Below are positions 48,744-64,000 of a stretch of DNA of 64,000 nucleotides, piece after piece. Position 1 is the stretch's first letter; the number at the start of each line of letters is the position of its first letter. The DNA lies in the NCBI RefSeq assembly GCF_000315625.1, contig NW_005434633.1:324130-388129 (forward strand). Reading direction: 5' to 3'. The position numbers and the translations under genes were made by a program. The notes below the pieces were generated by a model. The model was not told the origin of the DNA. It worked only from the letters and a program-made list of their open reading frames with translations, and searched no databases. The DNA comes from Guillardia theta CCMP2712. Its lineage: Eukaryota; Protista; Cryptophyta.

Positions 48744-50873
48744 TCAGCTAGGATGAGAGCAGTGACACCCTTGCGTCCACGGACCTGTGAAAGGCACCTG
48801 AGCACAGGCCCAAGCCAGAGCTGTCTCAAGTCGTACCCGACAGCGATGATCTTCTTGCAGGGGTTGGCTGCTACCTGTATGCTCCTGTTGCCGAACTTGC
48901 TCGCTTCCAACCGGCTCTGCATACACTTTCGTCAGGAGCTCCCGACGGCACGGCTCCTCCTCTAAGCGAGACCTCGCAGACGCATCTCTGCTTGCGAAGG
49001 TCCCATACACGGCACGTTCCATCCGCGCCTCCTGTCATGACCTGAAGCACTGTCAGCAACATCCGCTTGCTCCTCAGATGGGTCAGGCTGTACATATAGG
49101 CCAGTGCCGTCGATCGTTACCGATACGACTGGGGCATCGTGGGCTGGGAGCTGGAAGACTGTTTTCCCCCTGCACACTGCAGGTCAGACGATACTCTCCT
49201 TCCTGCTCTTGCACGAGCTTGCCTGCTCAAGTCTACTGCCGTCAGGACAGAGTCGAGATGACCTATCACAGCCAAGGGGAAAGTGGGGTGGACTGCCAGG
49301 CACGATGGTGCCTTGGATGCGCAAGGCGTGCTCGAGTTGTGCTCCGACTGGACCAGAAAGTCTAGCCTCACAGTTTGTGAAGCGACGTCAAAGTCTGCAA
49401 CAGCACCGTTGTCATACAAGGCAAAGAAATGGTCCGCGTCTTGGGGGCTGGTTTCAATGGCGATGGCTACTCCGGGCTCGGCCAGAGAGCCTTGCCGACG
49501 GTAGTCGTGGACAGCCGGTCGGTCATGGTCTTGAATGTTGCCGCCCTCGATCAGTTCGGAATCTTTGGTCTCCAGCAAGTCCCCGATGCTCCATCCTTTC
49601 ACTATACCGTCGGCAGATCCTGAGATGAGGAATCGATGCTTTGCGGTGTAGGTTATCGCCCACACAGCATCGCTGTGATACGTATAGCACATCCTCTCGT
49701 TGCGAACGCTGCAGCCCACGCTATCGTAAAGATCCTGCTCTACCTTGGGTGTATCCCACAGGCGGACTGATCCGTCAAGCCCTCCACTCACGCAGAAACC
49801 GTTTGGGTCCCCGCGACCCGCGGAGACTGTGATTCCGCAGTTTACAGCTCCATTATGACCGCGATACGTGATGAGCGGCTCGATGTCGGGCACCGTGTTA
49901 GAGGCCTGCACGGACTATGATGACTCGTAGGCTGAACTACACCAGCTCATAGTCACCTTCGTGACTGCCTTGATGCTCTTCAGGCACCATAGCTTCAAGC
50001 AGCCGTCTTCAGAGGCAGACAGGAGGAGCGAGCCGTTCGAGTTCCAGCTGAGATCGTTGATGCTGTCCATGTGGCTTCGCAAAGATGCAAATTCACGGTA
50101 TCCCTTGATCTCTGTCGTCGATTCTTCGAACGGTTTGAGCTATTACTCTGTAAGCCCCATACACACACTCAGGTTGTTGTTTGGACCTTGTTGCCAAAGA
50201 AAGCAGACATGTCATCGACTTGCTCGCCTTCTGTACAGACTATCTCTGCACGAGCTTCGACCTGTTCTGTGCTTTCAAATAGATGTACTGAAGCGGCCTA
50301 TCTCACCTCAACATCCTCTTCCTTCTCTCGCGCTGCCTTAAGCAGAACTGTACTTGCTCCGTCAAAGTTCTGCGTCAAAGATATCAGCCATGATCATCTT
50401 TTTCCGATCCAGGTGCCTGAGGGAAGCAGAATTTATTAGTGTGGATCTCCTTGGTCGACTGTCGCTCCTGTCATCATCTTTACCAAGTCGCGCATGACAG
50501 AAAACTTGTCGCAAGTACCATCTTCAATGCAAGCTCCAATATTTCAATCCGACGAGCAGATTCTTCGTCTCGCTCTTTGTAAATCTTCAGCTATCAAATG
50601 CAGAAAGTTATGACCTCGAGCATATTTCATGAGCACCCTATTCTAACCTCGTTCTCCACAGCCTTCAACTTCTCCTCCAGCACCTTGATCTTCTTATCCC
50701 TTTCGTCTAGCTCCTATTCGTCAGGTTAGCAACGAGCTTCTCGCAAACAGGACGAATAGGCATTCAACCATTTCCTTAAAAGTTTCAAATGACTCGAGGT
50801 AAGATATCACACCCTGTTAGCATCGTCAAAACAAGCACGGCATGTACACTCACAGATCCATCGCTACCTGCAT
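48744..50873 (-). CDS. Striatin-like WD40 protein, multi-exon
   Basis: N-terminal coiled coil; RSHMDSIN, DIEPLITYRGHNGAV, HSDAVWAI, AVHPTFPL, AHDAPVVSV, TGGADGTCRVWD. Confidence 0.8.
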
Positions 50874-51369
50874 GGTGTACTTGGGGCGATCCTGCAGAAA
50901 CGATTGTATAGCTGACATCCTCCTTTCAGACTTTCTTGATCTGCCTCCTTTGTATTCAACTCACAAGAACCTGATTAGGAGGAGCGTGTCACTTGCATGC
51001 AACAAAAGTATCCGGCCAGCTACCTCTACTCTCTCATTTCGCCGCCATTTTCGATACTAGCTGGGATACCCGGCTTTGTCTTTCTAAAACAATGTATCTC
51101 CAGTACCGGGGGCGCCCGCCGGCGCGGCGCCGGGCCGCGGCCCGGGCCCTCTACTGACGGTATGGGCCACCGTCTGGCACCGTGACTGTTGGCCGCTACC
51201 GTTGACTCCGACCCGGCGTACTAGGCTGGCACCGGCGACTGAGCCATGGTCACAGTCACGAGTGGCAAGGTTTCACTGTCCGGTCGCACAGTGACCGGGG
51301 CCATACCGTGCAGGCAGTGCCGGGCCGGCCGCGGCCCGGGAACTTCGGAGAAAAGACAGCGCTGAGAAC

Positions 51370-52893
51370 TGATGGAACGTATGCCAGCCGTGCCAGTCAG
51401 ATAGCGCCGAGTTAACAAAAACTCTCCTGTAAACCAAGACGACTTACGTGTCAAGGCGGCAATGTAGTACGTATGATGAAGAGGAGGCCTTCCTAGCCGT
51501 CTTGCTAAGGTCCCCTCATGTCTGGTTGCTTGGGTTTCACATCCTAGCATACAGTCTATCTCTCATGTGCTCCTCAATTCTGGTTTTTGTGTGCATTAAA
51601 CTCGGTCTTGAGCAAAAACTGTCTTGTTACAACTAAGGTCGATGTGACATCTGCGTGACTTTAGACTAGTACAAGTCTAACAAACTTGTATTCCGTCGGT
51701 TATGGGCCCCGATTACATGCTCAATCATGTTGATCTTATATTTGGTTAGTTGAATTGTTTACTGGAGTTTTTTCTTTCTTGGTATCGTTTCGTTACTGTC
51801 GAAAATTCATGCAATTCAAGCCTTACAAATTCGGATGACTCTTCTCTTCAATCAGGCTCTCTCTCTAGCCGCAAGTTGTTTAGGCCTCTCATCTCAGCCT
51901 CAATTTGTTTGATTGATCTTCGAATAGGAAAAACAAGCCTTCCCCAGCCAGATTGGTCGGTCGAATATCTGCTTAACCGTGTGGAAACGCACTTGAAGCT
52001 GATTCGATTTTAATCTTCTTGATCTTTGAGTAGGATCAAATGGAACTACCAGGAGATCTGGCGGAAGTTTCATGTCATGGAGCTAGGCTGTGGCATGCAT
52101 AACTGGAGCTACTTCTGGATCGGCGAACAAGGTACTACTGCACAACAATCTTCAGATGCCTTGAAACGGATGTTCCAATCTCGCGGCAGCAATCTCTGGT
52201 CACAAGTTCTTTACGGTTCAAAAAATTTATCTTTTGGTCTTCAAATGCCGGCGGGCACGCTCTCTCTCTCTCTCTCTCTATCTCTCTTATCTTCTCTCTC
52301 TTCAGACTCTCTTATCCTATACTCTATCTCTCGTCATTGCATCCGCTCGCCAGGCATCTCCCCTTATCTCTGTGCCGCACATCTAACAGCCCTGCATGAA
52401 AATCTTCTTCAGAATGGACAATCCTCGAATGGTTATTGCCCACTCAGCATGACTGTGAACTTGACGTTGTATCATCGTATCTTGACTTGGATCTGCTGAC
52501 ATTCTCTTGTTTGTGTGACTTTCTGACGTCCGATGTAACGTACTATTTCAGAAACTCGGGGGGAGGATGGAACGTATGCCAGCCGTGCCAGTCAGATAGC
52601 GCCGAGTTAACAAAAACTCTCCTGTAAACCAAGACGACTTACGTGTCAAGGCGGCAATGTAGTACGTATGATGAAGAGGAGGCCTTCCTAGCCGTCTTGC
52701 TAAGGTCCCCTCATGTCTGGTTGCTTGGGTTTCACATCCTAGCATACAGTCTATCTCTCATGTGCTCCTCAATTCTGGTTTTTGTGTGCATTAAACTCGG
52801 TCTTGAGCAAAAACTGTCTTGTTACAACTAAGGTCGATGTGACATCTGCGTGACTTTAGACTAGTACAAGTCTAACAAACTTGTATTCCGTCA
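51370..52893 (+). mobile_element. Non-autonomous Ty1/copia-type LTR retroelement (TRIM-like)
   Basis: Matching 327-bp LTR cores at 51371-51697 and 52566-52892; TG...CA outer ends; 5-bp TSD AGAAC (51365-69, 52894-98); PBS ggttatgggccc; polypurine tract ggggggagg; no gag/pol ORF. Confidence 0.92.
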
Positions 52894-54746
52894 AGAACCA
52901 ACCCTCGGCCTGGCATCCTGCCGAGCCTAGTCCGTGTGACTCAGTGACGGTTACCGTAAGCACCGATACCCGGGTGACCCGGCCGCGTACTGTCGGACGG
53001 TCCGGCCGCCCCCGGCGGCCCGGCCCGGCCCCGGGCCCGGGGCCCGGGCCCCGGCCTGCAGTGCGGCGCCGCGGCCCGGCCCGGAAAGTTCGATCTACAG
53101 CTGGTTGAACAGGGGTGGGTATATAGATACCCCACCTACCCCTTTTACTTCTACATCATCACGAAAGGGGGGGTATTCATTCATGATGAAAAGATCAGAC
53201 AGAGTAAAGAGGTACGATTGTCGACCAAGCAGGGTGGGGTACCTGGTGGGGTACCCTCATCCATGGCGACCCCAGCTTTTCAGTCCTCTTGAAAGGGGTG
53301 TCCGATTATAAGAGGGTGGGGTGGCTCTGAAGCCTCAGATGCAAAAGGAACCCCTCTGCAGGGGGTGGGTCTGGCCTTTGTTGCAGGTATAAAAGTATTG
53401 TATTAATCAGGATAAATTATTGTAAAACATTTTTAGAAAGTTTGTGCCTCCGATAAAACATTACCCAGTATCATATATGTTATCCTTTCTGTACCATGAT
53501 GTACAAATACTATCTGCCAAAATTTCTAAATACAAACAGAGACTTTTTTCAATTTGTACTGATTATCTTTATTTCATTGTATCAACTCCCAAATATCGTA
53601 CAGATTATATATGAATATTTTATCTTGATAGGATCTTTTTTCTGTACATAGTTGTATTTTCTTTTACAATACTTCTTAGATCGGCCTCATCAGAGGACAG
53701 GTGGCGAAGCAAACGATTGCGCATCTTCAACGACGGGGTAGTCTCGTAAAAGGGTGGGGTAGTGGTCTCAGGTGGTCATTGGGGGCAGTGTGATTCCAGA
53801 TTGGGGGCTCCAAGGTGGGTACTTCACAAAGGGTAGGGTCTGAAATGATGGGGCCATAGGAACTGGGGTAGAACATTGAAATCTCCAATTTCGTGAACAA
53901 AGACCTTAAAACACTGATTTGTATTGGGAAATATATCGTTCATAATTGAATATTTACGCAAATAATTGGTTGTCTTATTTGAAAGTTGTATTAATGAATC
54001 CTGAATGAAATTACTGTATGGGCAAGAGATGGGGTAGTAGTGTGGATAGTGAACCCTACCACTACGGGTAGGGATCATCATGACAAGATGGTGGGTGATA
54101 GAATAACAAAGTGGGGGTAGGGTCCTTTACGAAACCGGTGTCCAAGTATCCAATGTGACGGGGGTTGTTCAAAAGAAGGGGTGGTTTCTACAGGGGTACG
54201 GGTGGTGGGGGTGGTCGGTAGCAGCACAAAAAGCACAATGCAGGGCGCGCAGGACGCAAGAATAGTGCGGGACCGAAGGAGATTGGATAGATAGATGAAG
54301 AATGTGAAACAGAATCTGTAGAACCTAACAGACGGTATATACTAGACGAGGGAGAAAAGTCTTGATGGCTTTGATGGGGAATGAGCAAGAAGTGTAAACT
54401 TAATGAGCAGGTTGACTTTGTTGCAAGGGTAGAAATGGACCGCCAGGAGACTGGAAGAGAGATCCTATAGATCTGTAGAAATTCTTTAAGTCATGCTGAT
54501 TCCGTCTGATCTGATTGGTTCCTTTATTCATGAGGGGGCTGACGGGCCATGATTTGCATTTGAGAGACAAGGGCAGAGTGCTAGTTTGCTACAGCGTACA
54601 GAGTGTTTGCAAGATTGTTGTATTTGTTGTCTTTGCTTGGCATAAAAATCTATAGCCACCTTGCGAGCTTAATGTCAATCTTCCTTCTTGTTTCCGATGT
54701 TCTCTGACCTTTTGCTCTAGTTTCCCCAACTGATCCACTAGGCATA

Positions 54747-56416
54747 ATGCAAAGGGTCTCGGCGCGAGCTCTCCGATTTGCTACGAGGAGAGAGGCCTCA
54801 AAGTTTCTCTCTGGTTCACTTGCAGTTCAGGCTTCCAGGCTATCAAGACCCATGGGGGTGTTGAGTTTCCAGTCCAGGAGGAACTTCTCCGCTGGTGCCA
54901 ACCCAGCTACTACCTCTCCGATTGAGGTCACCATCGAGCCGATGAAAAAGGATGATTTCAATCAGGTGCCTCTACAGTTTACTCTCTGTTTACTTAAGCT
55001 CATTTCTTTCGTTCCAGTTGAACAATGACATGACTCCAAGACAAATTGTGGATTATCTCAACAAGCACATTGTTGGACAACAGGATGCGAAGAGGGCGAT
55101 CGCGATCGCTATGCGAAACCGATGGAGACGAATGAAGTTGGAAAGCCCTCTGAAAGATGAAGTCATGCCAAAGAACATCTTGATGATTGGTCCTACAGGG
55201 GTAGGCAAAACTGAAATCGCCCGCCGCCTTGCGAAGCTTGCTGGCGCGCCTTTTATTAAAGTTGAAGCCACGAAGTATACCGAAGTCGGCTTTCATGGCA
55301 AGGACGTTGATACTATCATCAAGGATTTGGTAGACATTGCTGTAGTGCTGCAGCGGAACAAGATGAAGGAACAATTGAAGCAGGAAGTCGCGATCGCTGT
55401 GGAAAACAGAATTCTTGATATTCTTGCTGGGGATGTTGCACAGTCAAGCACCAAAGAATCTTTCCGTGCATTGTTGCGTGAGGGCGCGCTTGAGGACCGC
55501 ACAATCGAAATCGATCTGCCTGTCAACCCTGGGAATCGCAATCCGCAAGATAATCGTGGATTTCAATTCGGCGATTTTGTCCTCAAGATGGACAATACTA
55601 TGGGCAACAAGACTCAGACGAAGAAGATGAAGATCTCTGAATGCAGACCCATCTTGGAAGACCTTGAAGCTGACAGGATGATGAATTCGGAGACGATTGA
55701 GCGCGATGCGATCAAGAATACAGAAGAAAATGGAATTGTGTTCATTGATGAGATCGACAAGATTATTGATTCTTACAGCTACGGGGCTGATGCTAGTGCT
55801 GAAGGTGTTCAGAGGGATCTTCTTCCTTTGATCGAAGGATGTTCGATCAGCACCAAGTATGGAAACGTGAAGACAGACCATATTCTTTTCGTCTGCTCTG
55901 GAGCATTTCACTCGGCCAAACCTTCAGACTTGCTCGCTGAGCTGCAAGGAAGGCTGCCCATTCGCGTTGAATTGAAGCCTTTGACCAAAGAAGACCTTTT
56001 CTTGATCCTTACCGTGCCGGAGTCAAATTTGATCAAGCAGCAAATTGCCCTCCTTGGGACCGAAAATGTACAGTTGGTGTTCCCAGAGGAAGCTGTCAGG
56101 TACGTTGTCTGTTTTATTGGTACACTTTGCTGACTTTGGATTGACATTTTTCCAGGGACATTGCGAACATCGCGTTTGAGATGAATACTACTATCGAGAA
56201 TATTGGTGCACGTAGATTGCACACGGTACGCATTTGATGAGTGAGCGATTGGACTAGTTCTGATCCTTCGAGCAGGTCCTTGAGAAGATCGTCGATGAGA
56301 TCTCGTACACTGCAGACGATCATGCAAGCCAAGAGTTCAAGATCACGAAAGAGTATGTTCAAGAAAGGGTGAAGGAGATCATGGTCAAGAGTGACCTGAC
56401 GAGATACGTCTTGTAA
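54747..56416 (+). CDS. hslU: Mitochondrial HslU (ClpY) AAA+ ATPase subunit
   Basis: MTPRQIV...IVGQQDAKRAIAIA, PKNILMIGPTGVGKTEIARRLA, FIDEIDKI, GVQRDLLPLIEG, ELQGRLPIRVEL, NIGARRL; Arg/Ser-rich presequence. Confidence 0.95.
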
Positions 56417-56643
56417 AATTCCATGAGATAATCATGTCGCGGTGCATGTTGATATCTACATTCATTCTTTGTCGATGTAACCTTCTTACCATTCCTGAGG
56501 CTGATCTCCGTTACCTATTCATACGGGGCTAATGGTTGCTTGTTGATATAAAGTATCCTAGATATTCGAATGCCATTCCTCCTTGAAATGAAAGGAGTAT
56601 TGGCTGAGTGATACAACATGTTGATTAATTAGAGCATACAAGT

Positions 56644-58107
56644 TTACAGGTCTGACATCTTCTGCTGAGATGGTGTGAACTGTTGGTTTGTTTGTCCGCT
56701 CCCTGGTCGAGTTGTTGGTTGCCATCTCGGATTGAACTTCTGCTGATTCGTGGGCACCGGCGTGCGCTCGTCTCTCGGGCCTCTTTCGGGCCGAGGGTTC
56801 GGATGAAAGCTTCTGCCGTTCTCGGTGCGCTGCGGGAACCTCCGGCGATCAGGCTGGGGCTTGCCGTCGTAGTGTGGCCGATTCTGCAGCAAGGAATGAG
56901 CCGAGCTAAGTCTACACGGGCTTGCCTGGTGGAAGTTGGGTGTTTGCATCCTGTTGTAGGGCAGATTTTCTATCCGCTGAGGCGTTGGTATCCTCCTTCC
57001 CTCGTACCTAGAGTCCGGCGTTCTTGGTGAGGAGTCTCGGCGGCTTGCGGGAGACTGGAAAGAGGTCAAGGGATCGATCTAGCGCTCTGTGAAAGATCAA
57101 GACCTGGGTATCTGGTCTCTTGCGGATGGCGTCCGTGGGCGAAAGCGCTATGGTCCCTTCCCAGAGTGTCAGTGGGAGATGGGAAGCAGGAGGAGGGTAA
57201 GGAGGGAGGGAGGCGTTGTAGGGGAGGAGGGGTGGTTTGATTTGAAAGCATTACTCGATATGCGCGTGTTGGATTTTCTTTTGTTCGGCCTGTCATGTCT
57301 CAATTTCAGTATGGGAGATCACAACGGAAGCGGCGACTCTACCGTCCTCTATCACTCTGGAAGCCCTTCTGCTTGTTTGTGAACAGCTTGTTCGGCTGCG
57401 GATGAAGCAGTTCTCTCCTCTCCCTTCCTCCAGCGTATCCTCTTGCCGTTCGGTTCAGCCCTGCAGCAAACTTCAGTCTCACTCCTGTCGCCTGCTCTTC
57501 CTGCACCCGTCGCGTCCACATCCATCATCTCCTGGTCCACCTTCTGCAGCACCTCCCCTGAAACCATGGGAGTCGCCTGCACGTTCGCAACAGGATCCTC
57601 CTCCTTCAAGACCCTCTCTAGGCGAATCTGCAAGACGGACTTTGCACCGAGCACGTCGCACCCTCGTCGCTGCAGCTCGTCTCGGAGCTGCTGCTTGGTC
57701 AACGCGGTCAAAGCTCCAGCAGACGCGTCCTGTGCCTCCCTCTTCAGCGCATCGTTCATCGCAATGTCATCTTCGGCCCCTCCTCGCAGCCGGAGCAGGA
57801 TGCACGTGATAGTGAACACATCTAGGAGCGCCGACTCTCTCCCTCCGATGCATTGCTGGGCTCTGGCCAGCCCCCAGGTGGGATAGCAAACTCCAAACTT
57901 GGTCGACAACAAGAGCAGGAAGAGGCAGATCGACGATGTACTTCCCTTCAACAGTTTCCCAGCCCCCCCACTTGACCTTCGCCCCGTCAGCCCCCCCCCT
58001 TTCATGTCAGTCGTATTGCCTCTCCTGTGGATCTTGCCGGTTATCCAGTCTTCCTCTTCCTCCTCTCTCGCATTGACCATCAGGTTTCGCTGTTCCAGCC
58101 ATGGCAT
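56644..58107 (-). pseudogene. Fragmented SAP-domain ORF with LRLRGG motif
   Basis: LTKQQLRDELQRRGCDVLGAKSVLQIRLERVLKE (SAP); successive ORFs in shifted frames. Confidence 0.5.
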
Positions 58108-58446
58108 GAAGTTTTCATTCCCATCCCTCCATCAAACAAGCTCTCCTCAGCCCCCCCCTTCCGCTCCCTGCGGCCACCATTGCCTCCGGCACTCGTTCGC
58201 CATATCGCGAATGAGGGCGATGAATATGAGCATGAGGGTAACGCGTTTGAGTATGAGGGCGATGAAGCTGGTCGTCCTTTTATCGAGCACCGGGGGAGGT
58301 CACTTAAAAGTGCCAAGTTTGTCGGGGAATGGCAGAGACTAGCTAGCGGCAATGGCGACGAGAGGAGAGGAGAGGAAGGGAAAGGAGGGGAGAGGAGAGG
58401 AGAGGAAAGGAAAGGAGAGGGGAGGGGAGGAGCGGAGGAGTAGGAG

Positions 58447-58488
<42 letters not shown>

Positions 58489-58949
58489 GAGTAGAAGTAG
58501 GAGAGGAGAGGAGAGGGGAGTAGGAGGGGAGGGGAGGGGAGGAGAGTAGGAGTAGGAGTAGAAGTAGGAGTAAGAGTATAAGAGGGGAGGCAGCTGCAGG
58601 AAGAGGAGAGGATAAGAGAGGATAAGGAGAGGAGTAGGAGAGCCGGAGACGGTAGTAGGAGATGAGTAGGATTAGGCGAGGAGGGGAGAGGAGGGGAGAG
58701 TAGGGGAGAGGAGGGGAGAAGAGAGGAGGGGAGGGGAGGGGAGGGGAGAGGCAGCTGGATGAATGCAGAAAAAACACGTTGGAACTTATCGTGAGAAAGG
58801 TGATGAAAAAGGATACAAATAAATAGAAAGAGAGGAATAGAACGAGTAGAACAAGAGGCTTCTATTTGTATGAGGGAGGGTGTGAGGGAGTGAGTGAAAC
58901 AGGGCAGCAGGAGAGAGAGAGAGGGAGGGAAGTAGAGGGAAGGAGGGAG

Positions 58950-59072
58950 AGAGGTAGAGGTAGAGGTAGAAGTAGAGGTAGGGGTAGAGGTAGAGGTAGA
59001 GGTAGAGGTAGAGGCAGAGGCAGAGGCAGAGGTAGAGGTAGAGGTAGAGGTAGAGGTAGAGGTAGAGGTAGA
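58950..59072. repeat. (AGAGGT)n hexamer repeat
   Basis: Direct sequence. Confidence 0.9.
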
Positions 59073-59147
59073 GGGAGGGATCGAGGGTGATTGGGCTTCA
59101 TGCCACTGCTCACATTGCGATCGTCGCTTTTCAGATCATCTTCAGAC

Positions 59148-59962
59148 ATGAATTGCGTGTTGTTGGAGCTCGTGGATCATATTGTGCGTCGACTGCAGGA
59201 TGAAAAAGATCCACATTCTGGAAAGCAGCTGTGGATCGCGCTGGCGGGACCACCCGGCAGCGGGAAGTCGACGATCTGCTCGAAGCTCGTGAGCAGCTTG
59301 TCGGGTCGTGGTGTACCTGCCGCGATTCTTCCCATGGACGGGTGAGGACAGCAAGCTTAGCTGCGGGTCTTGTGACAGCGGTCGCCAGGTTTCACTACTA
59401 TCGTTCAGAGTTAGACACGATGCAGAATCGCGAGGAGGCGCATGCTCGGAGAGGAGCGCACTGGACCTTCAACGCGCATAAGTTTGTCGACATGCTCGCT
59501 AGGATGAAGGACGAGGGCTCAGGTTGCTGCCTTGACTGGTTGCCTGCGGTGATGGACTTACAGGAAGGGCGCCGAGTTTTGACCACGCTCATGGGGATCC
59601 TGTGGAAGACGCCATCAGCATTGAGCGCGAGCACCGAGTGATTCTTGTAGAGGGGAACTACGTACTGCTCTACGACATCGAGCCTTGGAGAAAGCTGCAG
59701 CATCTGTTCGATGAGAAGTGGTGGGTGAAGACGTGATGTGAGGAGTATCTGAAGGTATAGCAGGTTGATCGTCTGTCCCGAGCACGTGCTGAGGGAGAGA
59801 GTCATCCAACGCAACTCAGTTGCATGGGGTTGGGATCGAGAGCGAACGGCACGTCGGGTGGATGAGAACGACATGGTGAATGCGCGACTGGTCATGGAAG
59901 TCTCGAGCAAGTATGCGGAGCGAGTCATAACCTCGCAGCAAGACGATGGCTGGTGTGGTTGA
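59148..59962 (+). CDS. YggC-like P-loop kinase (uridine/pantothenate kinase family), multi-exon
   Basis: ALAGPPGSGKST, PMDG-FHYYR, RRGAHWTF, PSFDHAHGDP, VEGNYVL. Confidence 0.85.
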
Positions 59963-60221
59963 GGCCAAAAGAGGAGGAGGAGGAGGAGGAGGAGGAGGAG
60001 GAGGAGGAGGAGGAGGAGGAGGAGGCGACAGCGGAGGAGAAGGAGCAAGAGATATACCTGTGTTCAATATGGCAGAAGGAAGAGGGCGATTTTGGTAGAA
60101 GTTAGTGGAGGAAGAGGGACGGCGGAAAGAATTTTTCCTGCTTTCATGACACACAGGCGAGAAGACACCATTCATGGGGCGCTCAAGATATAAATGTTTT
60201 ATTGCAAGCATGAATAGAAGC

Positions 60222-62483
<2,262 letters not shown>

Positions 62484-63592
62484 GTACAACAAAACAAAGG
62501 ATAAGACATGGTCAATGCTGTCGGATACACCGAGCCTCATTTCTAGAACACAGCAAAGCATATAATAACACCCCTGTATGACCTAGTAACATACGCGCGT
62601 TCTGCGCTTAGAATCCTCGAGTTGAAGGGTAGGAGGCGGGAGCAAGGAAGGGTGGGAATAAGAGGGCACAGGGGACATAGATTCAAGTGACTAGCGGTGA
62701 CAAGCTGAATCAGAGCATGAGGGCCAAGGGACGAAGAGCAACAGTATGCCGATATGCATTCCCGACGAACAATCCGCCCCAAGGCGGCTCGGAACTTCGT
62801 GAGAGCTTTCTATTCATACATCCAAACTATGGTGATTCCTCTTTGTTTCTTTCTTCCGAGCTGAAGAGACAACTGATTGCAACCTCCTCAATGCATCTTT
62901 CTCCTTGAACCATTACATGCCCTCCTCCAAATCATTCCGCCCCCATCCCCCGCCCTTCTCGAGCTTCTCCCACTGTTCCTCTCATCTTCCCTACACCATT
63001 CTCGTCTCACTCACCTGCTCTATCTATCTTCCTCCTCCTCCTCTCTCCTCCTCTCTCCTCCTCTCCTCCCCTCTCCCCTCTCCTCCTCCTCCTCTTGCTC
63101 ACCATCTTTGCTCATGGCGCGGAAGGTCTGATGATCCTGTTCCCGCCCTTCCCTGAGTCCATCACCCCACCCCATCTTTCACCACACCACCCACTTATCC
63201 TATAACCCTACCCAGTCATAGACCTTCTTTGTACCCCACCATTTACCTATTTCTCGGAAGTAGTTGTCGTACCCACCGTGGGATATTTTACATTTTCCAT
63301 CCTAACCCCCTTTTGCCTTTCTACCCACCCTTCTTCATGTCATGTGGGTCACATCACCCCTACCCCTTGTGGACATTTTCCCGGATTCTTTGTTTGAACC
63401 ACCGGTGTTTCTACCACCCCACCCCACTTCAACTCATTGTTCCACACCAGAGGCTGTACCGTTGCATTATCGTTACAAAGCCGTTATCTTACAAAACGAT
63501 TTTGGGAATCTACACCCAGGACCCAGATCCCGAAGACTGCTCTACGCTCCTCCTCCCTCTCCCTCCTACCCCCCCCCCCCCCCACCGTTGTC

Positions 63593-64000
63593 GATGGTTT
63601 CACTCCCGAGGTGCTCTGGGATGTTGTACGCATCTGCCGGACGAGCAAGGACCCATGGACGCCGACGGCTGCGATCAATACGCTGCACAACCTGCTCTGC
63701 CTCGACTACTATGAGAAGGTGCTAAGAGATGGGGCCCTCGAGCTAGCCATCGAGCTAGACTGTAACGAAGAAAGCGCCACGAACGAAGTCGAAGCTGCGT
63801 GCGCTATGCTCCTGGATCTGTGCTGCTTCTACAAGATATCGAAGCAGGTTGCGGAACACGTGCAAGCTGTGTCGGGAATCTTCCCCTCGCTCTTTCCCTC
63901 ATCGACGTGCAAGCGTTGGAACCGTAAACAGATTGTCGTATCCTTGAGTAGCCAACAGCAACTGTTACTCCATCACCACCCCATGGACAAGACGGAGGGG
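63593..64000 (+). CDS. Partial hypothetical ORF running off the window
   Basis: Open frame DGFTPEVLWDVVRICRTSKDPW...MDKTEG to the window end. Confidence 0.3.

Noticed and set aside
51750-52499. gag/pol in the LTR element interior
   Set aside because: No zinc knuckle, protease, integrase or RT motif

Overview
Intron-rich eukaryotic nuclear DNA, most consistent with a cryptophyte such as Guillardia theta (inference from short introns, microsatellite-filled introns and gene content). Two 100-N gaps are present. Host genes include C2-domain protein(s), a GILT-like protein, a BNR/YCF48-like propeller, a double-domain calpain, an MBOAT acyltransferase, a GT77-TPR-GT41 glycosyltransferase fusion, AP-1 sigma, striatin, mitochondrial HslU, a YggC-like kinase and RBBP4/MSI1. 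The main feature is an AT-rich, intronless 8965-bp element (37327-46291) with matching 224-bp terminal inverted repeats. It encodes a protein-primed PolB, a GIY-YIG-like nuclease, a decayed fibre-like protein and a Dam-like adenine methyltransferase, but no recognisable capsid, packaging ATPase or integrase. An empty-site paralog 2.6 kb upstream shows that it inserted without a target-site duplication. It sits in a 16-kb composite repeat block. A young non-autonomous copia-type LTR element with unusual termini lies at 51370-52893. All calls are from reading the sequence and ORF track; no searches were run.
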